A stretch of 64,000 bases of DNA, from assembly GCA_963737635.1 (NCBI GenBank), contig CAVTTL010000001.1:2362822-2426821 (forward strand), given 5' to 3'. A program made the position numbers and the translations under genes. Source of the stretch: an uncultured Methanoregulaceae archaeon (lineage in GTDB: Archaea; Halobacteriota; Methanomicrobia; Methanomicrobiales; Methanospirillaceae). Below, in pieces: positions 10,855 through 19,972 of this stretch (positions are counted from its first letter, which is position 1; each line of letters starts with the position of its first letter). The notes beneath the pieces were generated by a model. That model did not search any database. It was not told the DNA's origin and saw nothing but the letters and a program-made list of their open reading frames with translations.

Positions 10855-11286
10855 TTACCAACCGGTAATCTCTGCTACCTTGAAATTCATGGCGTCATTA
10901 TCCAGCACCGGCGCCTTAAATTTCCATGTGCCGTACGGTTCGAGGTCATTCATATTATCCATGGTTGATCCTACCTGCGCTCCTGATGAATCGTACTCGA
11001 CTACGGTAACCTGCACATAGGTAAACTGCTTATCCACATTGCTCCTGACGGTCCCTGCGACATAGGTTTCTCCATATTCTCCTGCTTCCACATGCGATTC
11101 AACAAGCGTGAGATCATCCTGTGGTGCGGCGGTCGCTGTGGATGACGCCGGCGATAGTGTTTGCTGCACGGGAACACTCTCATCAGTGGTTGTTGAACTT
11201 ATACAACCAGCGAACGTGGCACTCACAATACACAACGAAATAAAAACAACTCCTATCAACACGTGAGAAGTTTGCATGAAGATCAA
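10855..11286 (-). CDS. FxLYD-domain lipoprotein
   Basis: Lipobox AGC; YVAGTVRSN...YVQVTVVEYDSSGAQVG...DLEPYGTWKFKA. Confidence 0.7.
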   Translation of the reverse strand: MIFMQTSHVLIGVVFISLCIVSATFAGCISSTTTDESVPVQQTLSPASSTATAAPQDDLTLVESHVEAGEYGETYVAGTVRSNVDKQFTYVQVTVVEYDSSGAQVGSTMDNMNDLEPYGTWKFKAPVLDNDAMNFKVAEITGW

Positions 11287-11336
11287 AGGTATCCATAAAG
11301 CATAAAATTATCTATGATTATGCTTATTACGTATCT

Positions 11337-11495
11337 ATGGCTACCACAGGATACCAAGCTGTGCCACTGACGACCATTAAGGTCCAGACTACGACACGGG
11401 ACAGATTAGCGGATGTGGGGAAGAAGAGAGAAAGTTATGATGCCCTCATCAACCGGCTGATCGATTGTTATCTGGCGTCCCAGGAAAAGGACTAA
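11337..11495 (+). CDS. Small ribbon-helix-helix/antitoxin-like protein (not in ORF track)
   Basis: Hand translation MATTGYQAVPLTTIKVQTTTRDRLADVGKKRESYDALINRLIDCYLASQEKD; TTIKV...RDRL...ESYD.LINRLID pattern. Confidence 0.6.
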   Translation: MATTGYQAVPLTTIKVQTTTRDRLADVGKKRESYDALINRLIDCYLASQEKD

Positions 11496-11599
11496 CGGAA
11501 TAATCAAAAAGGGGGCTGGTGCGATATCGGGCGCTGGAAGTTATGTCAGCTGAAATGAATAAAGAGAAATATCATCGTTTTAGGTGAGCCAAACTAATT

Positions 11600-12235
11600 T
11601 CAAATTGATGAATTTGTGACATTGACATAGTTTTCAATGAAATTGACTAAATTGTCTGGCAGATTATCAGTTAAGCCACGAATTCCCCAATGAATACCGC
11701 TTTCAATTTCCGAAAATGCCGCATCACCACCAACATATGGAGCTAGTTCATCCAAACCAAATGTGCTGACTACGTCACCGGTTGTCGTATAAGCAATGTG
11801 ATATGATAATTGTGAATCAATCCAGCAAAAATCAATGAAAAATTTTGTTAGATTTGCATAAAAATTGGTATAATCTGAATCATTAGCACTCGGCAATAAA
11901 ATGGCAGAATTATATAAGTCATTATAGGAACCGATTAGTGGAGAATATCTCATCAGCCGCTTAAATTCTTCATAATTTGATGAACTCGAGTCGACTTCGT
12001 TTATATTCGTATGAAATTCATCGTTAGTAATTCTGATAATAGTATTAATATGGTCAATCCAGTCTTGGAATTTTGTATAATCTTCAAATATCGAACTATC
12101 AATAGGTCCTGTTAATTTTATTTCTGCCGAAAGTTGATTTGCGACGTCCTGTTTTGGATTTGAGGGTGTAACACAACTTGCAATCAACGGAGATAAGAAT
12201 AAAATAATGATTACTATTATCAAAATTTTATTCAT
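11600..12235 (-). CDS. Hypothetical lipoprotein
   Basis: Signal peptide ending IASC; 211-aa ORF in AT-rich island. Confidence 0.6.
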   Translation of the reverse strand: MNKILIIVIIILFLSPLIASCVTPSNPKQDVANQLSAEIKLTGPIDSSIFEDYTKFQDWIDHINTIIRITNDEFHTNINEVDSSSSNYEEFKRLMRYSPLIGSYNDLYNSAILLPSANDSDYTNFYANLTKFFIDFCWIDSQLSYHIAYTTTGDVVSTFGLDELAPYVGGDAAFSEIESGIHWGIRGLTDNLPDNLVNFIENYVNVTNSSI

Positions 12236-12245
12236 AACATCGCTT

Positions 12246-12284
12246 TTATCTATAAAGTAGATAAAGTCTCGCGTTTATAGATAA
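12246..12284. promoter_or_regulatory. Perfect 11-bp inverted repeat in divergent promoter
   Basis: TTATCTATAAA (12246-12256) and TTTATAGATAA (12274-12284) between divergent ORFs; each arm is TATA-like. Confidence 0.45.
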
Positions 12285-12310
12285 TCTAGAAATTTCTTAT
12301 AGGAAGAGGC

Positions 12311-13132
12311 ATGGTTGATGATGAATGGATCACGGATCCTAAAAAATTTCAAATCTCCATTAGCGATGAATTGGATGCTATTAAAGATAGAGTAAGAAAT
12401 CTTATTGGCAATGCACATTGGGGTGAAGAAGGACGATATAAGGAGACCGTATTAAAAAATGTTTTACGACGTTTATTACCTTATAACATTAGTGTAGGTT
12501 CAGGGCTAATTTTAAAAAAAGATGATGATTCGATAAAACGCTCAAAACAAATTGATATTATTGTGTATGATAATTCGCTTCCTATCCTATTTTCCGAAGG
12601 AGATTTTATTATAACAACTCCCGAAAACGTCAAAGCAATAATTGAAGTAAAAACAAATATACGAAGTAATAAAATATGCGATATCTTAACACAATCATTG
12701 GGCAACAGCGAGTTTCTTGAAAAAGGAACGTTTAATGGAATATTCTCTTATGATTGTGGAGATATCACAGTTGAAAATTTCCAAAAAAGATTTGAAAAAG
12801 GCTTAACGGGATCTAAAGGCGCAATCAATCACATTTGCGTTGGAAAAACTTTATTTTCAAGGTTTTTTAAGAAGAATGAAATTGAATATCTGTTTCCTCA
12901 TCGCCCGCAAATGGAATATTTCGGGTTTTATCATTTTGATGAAAACCTTGCTCCCTCGTATTTTATCTCCAACTTAATTGATTTTGTTTGTTCACCAAAT
13001 CATGAGATTGCAATGAAAACCGGAGTTAGTTTTTATTTCCCTTGGAAAAAGGAAAGAGGCCATATTGTACTGGAAAAATCGAGATTGAATAATACCGTCC
13101 GCACTTCAGCAACAGTTCGCCTTTATTGTTGA
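12311..13132 (+). CDS. DUF6602-like PD-(D/E)xK nuclease
   Basis: HWGEEGRYKE.VL...LLP, SKQIDIIVYD...P, AIIEVKT. Confidence 0.7.
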   Translation: MVDDEWITDPKKFQISISDELDAIKDRVRNLIGNAHWGEEGRYKETVLKNVLRRLLPYNISVGSGLILKKDDDSIKRSKQIDIIVYDNSLPILFSEGDFIITTPENVKAIIEVKTNIRSNKICDILTQSLGNSEFLEKGTFNGIFSYDCGDITVENFQKRFEKGLTGSKGAINHICVGKTLFSRFFKKNEIEYLFPHRPQMEYFGFYHFDENLAPSYFISNLIDFVCSPNHEIAMKTGVSFYFPWKKERGHIVLEKSRLNNTVRTSATVRLYC

Positions 13133-13213
13133 AGAGATGAAACAGGTCCGTGAAGCAGAAGGAATCGGAGATGGAGATTAAGGCTTTGAATGGAGAGTTG
13201 AGTGCATAGCTTT
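13093..13213 (+). pseudogene. Fragment of type I R-M specificity subunit (hsdS) C-terminal helix
   Basis: Translates IPSALQQQFAFIVEEMKQVRE then (shifted) QKESEMEIKALNGEL, matching the HsdS tail pattern LQQQFAxIVxxVExIRExQxESxxEIxxL. Confidence 0.55.
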
Positions 13214-13247
13214 ATACCTGATATATTCAACGTAATTGTAAGGGGTT

Positions 13248-15017
13248 ATGACAAAACTATTATCGGAAAATTGGAGAAATGATGAGAGTTTAGATGGATT
13301 TCTCTTTTTCGCGCAAATCATAGAAGAAATGGCGTCACGCTATACTCTCGATTCATACAAAGCACCTGTTTTCAATTCACATTCACTATGTGACGAAATA
13401 ATTGATGTCAGTGAGGAGATCAGCCAAGGTTTTCTCCACGAAAATGGTATTACCCCGATTAAAGAAGAACTCATTTGGAATCTTCAAAACGATCCAGTCG
13501 CTAAACATATTTTGGGGTATCGTTATCACTCAATAGTCGATGAACTGAAAGACTCTGATAATCATAAACGTCTCGTAGCTATCGTAAAACCTATCCAAAA
13601 CTTATTGGAAATCAAATACTTTGACGAGTTAAAAAAACAAATAATCACTGCGATTAAAAATCCTAAAGATAAGGAATATATTTCGAGTCTATCAAAAATT
13701 TACATTTCTGAATTGCTTTACTACGGATATTCTCAGGAGTATTTACATCAAATGATAATGCAATCCTTTTTTTCAACTCAGAGAATTACAAGTACGACAC
13801 AAATCGAGCAATTCCTGAATAAATTCACATTTGAAAAAAATTCGTATGATGTCTACTTTAAGGGAGACAATAAATTCTATTATCTTACCGAATTATCTTC
13901 AACGTTCAATTTCGAAATATCAGACGAAACAATAAAACCGAGGAAATGGCGAACCGAAGAAATAGACTTCTTTAAAGTATATCCAACTTATCCACTTAAT
14001 ATTATTTTTAGAAATTTTGATGCGTTAGATCCGTTCGATGCGAAAATAGGTTGTGAATTATTACTAATCAACTTGAAGGATTTAGGTGCTTTTAGCACCC
14101 ATAAAGAAAAACTCACATGGTTTAACCAAGCGCTTGTCTATTCGAAATCCGATTATGTCACAATTATTGACGATTATTCCCCTATGCTTAAAATCAAGGA
14201 TCTAGATATTGATGACTTTAAAGTTAATATCGATGAGGATATCTCATTTTTTGTTAATTTCAATATTACTTCACGATATTTTGTAATGAATTCCTTTAGT
14301 TTGCATTCAATTGCTATTGATTCAAAAAATTCTGTAAACCAATTGATGAATTTATGGACTGCTCTAGAAACTCTGTTGCCTCCACCACCAGAAAAAGATA
14401 TTAGAATTGTTCATTTCTTATCGTCATACGAACCGTTTTTAGGACGAAAATACATCCAGAAATTAATTATCGATTTGTTGAACGAATTGCGATATGAATT
14501 AGGAGAGCAACTTACCCAAATTTTTCTAAAAATATCACAGGGGTCCACCGATTTCGAAAAACTTTCTTTTATTCTTTGTCAAAAAGAAGAGAGTGAAAAA
14601 TTCCGTGATGAACTCTATGTTAAGATTGGACGAAATCTCAGATTAAGGTATAAAATTTTCAGTTTGATGAAAAAGATGCATAATTCAGACGCTCTATTGG
14701 AAACAATTCTAACTCACAATAAACGGGTCAGCTGGCAACTTCAGCGGATCTATCGTGCAAGGAATCTGATAGTTCATAAGGGTGGGAAATTGCCATATAT
14801 CGATCACTTAGTTGAAAATTTACATTCTTATTATCATGTTATAATTTCGCTAATCAAAGAAATTCAGAGCGACTATGAAAATATTGATTCATTAGAAACA
14901 GTTTTCAAATTAGTCAGGATTGAATATGATTCTCATATCAAATTGTTAAAGAGTTCAAAGATGATAAACTGCAATTCAGATAATTTCAAAATGATGTTAT
15001 TCTGTAATCCCAAATGA
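13248..15017 (+). CDS. Large AT-rich protein with C-terminal HEPN-like domain (ApeA/HEPN-type)
   Basis: NLWTALETL helix and RIYRARNLIVHKG (Rx4H) motif. Confidence 0.6.
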   Translation: MTKLLSENWRNDESLDGFLFFAQIIEEMASRYTLDSYKAPVFNSHSLCDEIIDVSEEISQGFLHENGITPIKEELIWNLQNDPVAKHILGYRYHSIVDELKDSDNHKRLVAIVKPIQNLLEIKYFDELKKQIITAIKNPKDKEYISSLSKIYISELLYYGYSQEYLHQMIMQSFFSTQRITSTTQIEQFLNKFTFEKNSYDVYFKGDNKFYYLTELSSTFNFEISDETIKPRKWRTEEIDFFKVYPTYPLNIIFRNFDALDPFDAKIGCELLLINLKDLGAFSTHKEKLTWFNQALVYSKSDYVTIIDDYSPMLKIKDLDIDDFKVNIDEDISFFVNFNITSRYFVMNSFSLHSIAIDSKNSVNQLMNLWTALETLLPPPPEKDIRIVHFLSSYEPFLGRKYIQKLIIDLLNELRYELGEQLTQIFLKISQGSTDFEKLSFILCQKEESEKFRDELYVKIGRNLRLRYKIFSLMKKMHNSDALLETILTHNKRVSWQLQRIYRARNLIVHKGGKLPYIDHLVENLHSYYHVIISLIKEIQSDYENIDSLETVFKLVRIEYDSHIKLLKSSKMINCNSDNFKMMLFCNPK

Positions 15018-15018
15018 G

Positions 15019-15098
15019 CAGTTCGCCCGTATCGTTCATAACGTTGAACGGATCCGGGAACAGCGGGCGGAGTCAAAGAGGGAGATCGAGCGGCTGAA
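15019..15098 (+). pseudogene. Second hsdS C-terminal helix fragment
   Basis: Translates QFARIVHNVERIREQRAESKREIERL; shares CAGTTCGCC with the 13113 copy. Confidence 0.55.
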
Positions 15099-15242
15099 TT
15101 TGCGGCAGGGATGCAGACATACTATAACTATATCAGACCACATCTAGGAATCAATGGAATGACTCCTGCTCAGATGACAAACGTCCCATTAGATTTAACC
15201 GGTAATCGCTGGATGACGATGATTGAATTGGCGGCAAAATAA
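15099..15242 (+). pseudogene. C-terminal remnant of an IS6-like transposase
   Basis: FAAGMQTYYNYIRPHLGINGMTPAQ...GNRWMTMIELAAK aligns to GMQVYHNYIKPHEGLQGRTPAE...ENKWMTLIQNAARAK of 24110-25258. Confidence 0.75.
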
Positions 15243-15500
15243 TCTCAAGAACTCTTCCGAACTATTTTCGCAACGAGTTCTTCCCCTTCGGAAGACTCTA
15301 GGAATAACTTTCAGCTCTTCCCTTAAGTCAAACGTTCTGTCTCTCTTTTCAAGATAGAACCGGATTGCAGTGGTAATAAACTCGGATCTCGACGAATAAC
15401 TGCCTTTTGAAGTCTCTTCATTGAGTTTATTGAGGAGATCAGAAGGGCAGTTATAAGAGATCTGTTCCATCGTCTTTCCGAATTTTTTTGGCATTATCAC
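15195..15500 (-). CDS. CopG/RHH family regulator (3' end probably frameshifted)
   Basis: QISYNCPSDLLNKLNE...YSSRSEFITTAIRFYL; TAAGAT direct repeats upstream (about 15510-15552). Confidence 0.65.
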   Translation of the reverse strand: MIMPKKFGKTMEQISYNCPSDLLNKLNEETSKGSYSSRSEFITTAIRFYLEKRDRTFDLREELKVIPRVFRRGRTRCENSSEEFLRLFCRQFNHRHPAITG

Positions 15501-15665
15501 AAAAATGAAGATAAGATTTTATTTAACTAATTGATTAAGATAAGATTAAGATCAATTTTAAATGAGATTGAGACAATATACACAAACGTGGGTTCCGTTA
15601 GTATGTTTAAACATTTTTTCAATCGATCTGGAAAAACGATGGCATGTTCCTATACCTGGAGACAT

Positions 15666-15815
15666 ATGACATTCCAAGATCTCCTATGCAGGCTTGGACT
15701 CCATGATTGGCAGCTTGCCATTTATTCAGGGATGAACCGGCCAAGGATTTGGAGATGCAGGAATCCGAAATGCAAAGAAATTACGACGAGGGAACCGCTA
15801 ATCTACAAAGATTGA
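15666..15815 (+). CDS. Small Cys/His zinc-finger protein
   Basis: LLCRLGLHDW...RCRNPKC. Confidence 0.45.
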   Translation: MTFQDLLCRLGLHDWQLAIYSGMNRPRIWRCRNPKCKEITTREPLIYKD

Positions 15816-15836
15816 CATTAACAATGCGGGTTAGAA

Positions 15837-16572
15837 ATGAATCACGAAGTCTCTATTTTATTACCGACATATAATCGAACCGAACTTTTACCGGGATGCC
15901 TACAATCGGTTATAAACCAGACGTTCACGGATTGGGAGCTGAATTATTCTGGACGATTGTTCAACTAGTATGACGCAAAGGCTTGAGGTGATAGATGATA
16001 GAATTTCCTTTCACAAAAATAAAAAGAATATGGGAACACCTCAAAACCGGAATATTGGTATCTCATTAGCAAAAGGGAAATGGATTCTCTTCATCGAAGA
16101 TGATATTATCCTTGACCCAAACTGCCTGAAACAACTTATGACGAATAAAGTTTTGGGAAAGAATATGCCGCGCCTGATAACAAATAGTAAAGATGATCCC
16201 CATAAACCATTCTCGTTCAACAAATGGACAGGGGAAATGTTCAATGCCCATGCCTGTTGCTTATACCCAAAGAAAGCATTGATCGAAGTATGTGGATATT
16301 CGGATGCATTCATTGGGAACTATTATCGTGAGGAAACTGATTTGGATTGCAGGATTAAAAAAGCCGGGTACACTTTCAAGTATGTTCCTTCAGCGATTAT
16401 GCATCATAATCCCGTGGAGCGAGGATCCTGGAAAGAGATCTCACGGATTCGGCAGACATATTATATTCATCGGAACCATCTGATGTTTCTGTACCGAAAC
16501 TTCGGAATCAAGATTGCATATATGATTCCCTGTTACGTAATCAGCGTAGTAACTACTACTGATACGCTTTAA
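15837..16572 (+). CDS. Glycosyltransferase family 2, frameshift near 15942
   Basis: MNHEVSILLPTYNR...LQSVINQTFTDWEL / IILDDCS, RNIGI..AKGKWILFIEDD, EETDLDCR. Confidence 0.75.
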
Positions 16573-16614
16573 GCGTTATACTAATATTGTATGCGCTCGC
16601 TCAATAGTTTTTTC

Positions 16615-17551
16615 GGTTCTGGTGCGTTGTCGGGACTTTTAGAACATCTAAGATTGGTTTTGCCTGACGCTACTTCCGCCCGGATGAAAACGGGCACATG
16701 CGTACGCTCCGCCCCTCTTCACAAGGAGGCAAGAGGGGATGGTTGTTCGTCGGTCGCCCCTCCTAGGACCCATCGGCGAAATGCACCTGCCCGGTATGCC
16801 TCTGGATGTTAAAGCTGGATGAGATCGAATCAGGCAAGTCGCAATCTCCGAGAAAAAATAAGGTTAAGACCTTTAGACTCATCTGATATCCGGTCAACCG
16901 GGTATCAACTTTTTTTGCCGTCAAAAGAAAGTAAATTTGGCCAGTTATGGCGAGCCTAATACGAAATGTAATAATAAACCTCTATTTTATCGAAAGTTTA
17001 AAAATTTAAATAGGAAGTATTATCTTTTAAAAATATAAGTGGAAGATATGCGGAAAAAAATCCGTATGCCAAAGAAAGTCCATAATCAGAAAAAAATTAC
17101 GAAGAGTGAAATCCGGCTCGTTCTGATTGTGGTATTTGTTGCAGTTGTTCTTTTCATGGGATGTGTTGAACTGTTAACAAACACTGCAACAACTCAATCT
17201 CCACCATTTCAAAATACGTATCCAACTGCTGTAGTTACGATAACTCCCATCACTACACCTTCAGTCACAGAAACAATTACTCCCGGAGTAACTCCTTCGA
17301 ATACTGTAACAATTGCCGCACCATATCCGACTGAAACAACGGATACATCTGGCTGTCCCCCAGGTGAATATCGTGTTAGTGGCTATTACAGGAAAAGTGG
17401 GACGTATGTCAATAGTTATTGTAGACACTATCCAAATGAGGGATAACATCGCTGGTGCTGATAACTTCGCGGGGACTTGGGATAATTCCAGAAGAACAAT
17501 ACGTCGAGAAACTTCCATTTTTTCATAAAGTCCCGTCAACCTATCAGAATC
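16615..17551. mobile_element. Putative non-autonomous unit bounded by inverted IS6-like ends, carrying one gene
   Basis: GGTTCTGGTGCGTTGTCGGGACTTT at 16615 and inverted GATTCTGATAGGTTGACGGGACTTT ending 17551; no TSD seen. Confidence 0.55.
17039..17446 (+). CDS. Lipoprotein/membrane protein with Thr/Pro linker and C-terminal VSGYYRKSGTYVNSY motif
   Basis: Basic N-terminus, TM, MGC, Thr-rich stalk. Confidence 0.65.
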   Translation: MEDMRKKIRMPKKVHNQKKITKSEIRLVLIVVFVAVVLFMGCVELLTNTATTQSPPFQNTYPTAVVTITPITTPSVTETITPGVTPSNTVTIAAPYPTETTDTSGCPPGEYRVSGYYRKSGTYVNSYCRHYPNEG

Positions 17552-17619
17552 GACGAAAAGTTAAGAGAGGGAGGCAGCGCATTCTGCATTGATGTCCGAT
17601 GCGCTTATATTTTTACATT

Positions 17620-18037
17620 TTATGATGTTGTGACCACAATATTAATCGGGCCATCGAAATTTTGGTCGGGTGCTTTGAGTTTTAATGTAAACATCATGCT
17701 CGAACCCGGGGAGAATGAATATGGTAATTGTGGAGTTACAGACTCAACTGTGAATCCATCTGTTGCAATTGAGATGCTATTAATAGAGTGAGTCAGAAGT
17801 AACGCACTACTTTTGAAGGTTAGAGTATAGGTAAATTCCCCACCTCCATGAACTTCGAAATTGCCATTGGAAATCGACTGTGATGTCGGTCCCAAATAGC
17901 CGCTTGTAGCACCGGTGTAAACAACATTCATATTTGCTCCAGCAACGTCAACGTTAGTACATCCAGACAAGAATACTGCCAAAATAAGGATTCCAAAGAT
18001 TGTAACTTTATACTTTTTTTTCAAGAATTCGTCCCAT
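17620..18037 (-). CDS. Hypothetical Ig-like lipoprotein (start uncertain)
   Basis: ILAVFLSGC lipobox; beta-rich C-terminus. Confidence 0.55.
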
Positions 18038-18174
18038 AACAAACAATGAAAATTTTGGTTATATAAAAATACCGATTTGAAGATGTTCAATTGAATGGAT
18101 GGTCGGAGCACTCCCCTTGACGTTCGAGGCGCTTACCTGTTCTTAAATGATACGCGTGCAGGCCGGAAACTGAT

Positions 18175-19587
18175 TTACATCATCTCATACGGCGGTGCCT
18201 GACCCCGATAATCTGTCACAAATATCCCCAATCCGATTAAAATTAAAATCACGCTTAAAACGAGGTTATAATTCACCATTAAACTCAATACCCCGATACC
18301 TAGGCACCCTCCACCGACGATAAGTCGCTGATGCATCGATCGTGTAAGTTGTTTGAGTTGTAACCCGCTTTTTTCCGCACATTGTTTGCAGACTTTGTGA
18401 AGGAGTCCCCCATCAAAGGTGCAATCCCGGCAAATGGTCTTGCCACAGAGTTTACAGGTGAAACCATGGGCGTCAAGCAGGCGATGACCATGCACGAGTG
18501 CTCCGCAGGAATTGCATATAATCCCCCCATCATGAATATACGAATTACAAATCTTGCAATTCAACATTGCAGTGTAGCTGAGCATCTGCTTGGCATTTTC
18601 TATCCCTGTTACAGAATAATTCTGCTTTAGAATTCCGAGATGGATATCCTGTACCGGAAGATAGACCTGTTTGATGTTTGAGATGAACACATCCTTCTCA
18701 GCAGGGACACAGAGTTTGGTATAATTCTGGTTGTTTCTCCCGGAGTAAGAGATTGATCTTGTGTGGCGATCAATGATGATTTTTTTTGCGATTCCGGCCA
18801 AGGATCGATCATCGATAACAAAATCCGTACGGGAAAACGGGATGCCGGAGAAATCTGTCTCACTGTATATCGTCAGAGGTGCCGAACTCAGGTGAGTGGC
18901 TAATTCCTGTTTCATCAGGTCTCCGGAATTTCCGTCAATCAGAAATTTTCCATCCTGCAGATATTCCCGATGGATTAATCCTGCACTTGTCTCAAAGGTA
19001 GCGTCGAGATCATATTGGATCATATATGATGGATGAAATTCTATCCGGCGTGTAGTGACATTTAGAATGTCCGCCATTCGAGTTGGACTACTTTTGGCTT
19101 TCTTACCAATGAATATGGCAATTTTATCTTTCAATGTTGCAGCTTCAGAAAGGGGATACCGTAAAACAGTCTGACGTTTACCTCCCAGAATGATCTCAAT
19201 GCCAGCACGGGTTGCGAGATCTCCGAGGATTTTCTGGTCAACCATTTCGATCTTCGGCATAAGGGAATTTGCATGATCTACCGCTTGGAGAGAAAATTTG
19301 CCTGTCGTAACGAGAATCCCCTTGACCGCTTTCGAGGAAATTACCGCTGAGTGTAATTTTTGGACAACAGGACGACCAACACTCGTGTGGGGCTGGTGCT
19401 TACACTCTACAACTACCAATCCTTCACGAGTGTGGATGAGAAGATCGCGCCCTCCATCTCCCGAAAGGGGCATGACTTCGACAGTTCCATAACCAAGTTT
19501 CTGGAAAATTTTTGCACAGAGTTTCTCGAATTCATATCCGTCAAGCGTCTCCAGAACAATAGTTTCCTGAAATGCTGGTGCAGTCAT
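18175..19587 (-). CDS. Mrr-family restriction endonuclease with C-terminal Cys-rich zinc finger and two TM helices
   Basis: LDGYEFEKLCAKIF...GDGGRDL...VVECK; multiple CxxC; hydrophobic C-terminus. Confidence 0.8.
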   Translation of the reverse strand: MTAPAFQETIVLETLDGYEFEKLCAKIFQKLGYGTVEVMPLSGDGGRDLLIHTREGLVVVECKHQPHTSVGRPVVQKLHSAVISSKAVKGILVTTGKFSLQAVDHANSLMPKIEMVDQKILGDLATRAGIEIILGGKRQTVLRYPLSEAATLKDKIAIFIGKKAKSSPTRMADILNVTTRRIEFHPSYMIQYDLDATFETSAGLIHREYLQDGKFLIDGNSGDLMKQELATHLSSAPLTIYSETDFSGIPFSRTDFVIDDRSLAGIAKKIIIDRHTRSISYSGRNNQNYTKLCVPAEKDVFISNIKQVYLPVQDIHLGILKQNYSVTGIENAKQMLSYTAMLNCKICNSYIHDGGIICNSCGALVHGHRLLDAHGFTCKLCGKTICRDCTFDGGLLHKVCKQCAEKSGLQLKQLTRSMHQRLIVGGGCLGIGVLSLMVNYNLVLSVILILIGLGIFVTDYRGQAPPYEMM

Positions 19588-19675
19588 TCTATCTTGACCT
19601 GAATCCGGAAGTCAAAAAACAAAGGTAGGTGATCTCGATCAAGGTCTAATGAAAAGAATCGCAGCGATTGATTGA

Positions 19676-19789
19676 TCAATCGTTGTGATATCTGCCCATT
19701 ATTTGGCCCTTTCGTCCGTTCTTCGTCGTTTTCTGTCGAATTCTTGATGCTGTGTGAGTTTTAGGATTGACAATCTTCTTTGTTGCCAT
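19676..19789 (-). CDS. Small basic protein (37 aa)
   Basis: GGGAGG RBS then MATKKIVNPKTHTASRIRQKTTKNGRKGQIMGRYHND. Confidence 0.4.
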   Translation of the reverse strand: MATKKIVNPKTHTASRIRQKTTKNGRKGQIMGRYHND

Positions 19790-19972
19790 TTCTGAAACCT
19801 CCCAATGAAGTGAAATTATATGTACGATATGATAATTTTTTCGGTAAATATAAAACTCACTATAACAATAATTTCTCAACTTGGGAAATGGAAGAAAAAG
19901 AGAGAATTTCGCAGTGCTCTTTAATCATTGTTTGAAAAAGTGTAATTCTAAGAGTTGAGTTTGTGATTCGTT

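Noticed and set aside
8867-17551. Repeat ends as integron attC sites
   Set aside because: No integron integrase is in the window, and the ends read GTTCTGT at the 5' side rather than RYYYAAC...GTTRRRY.
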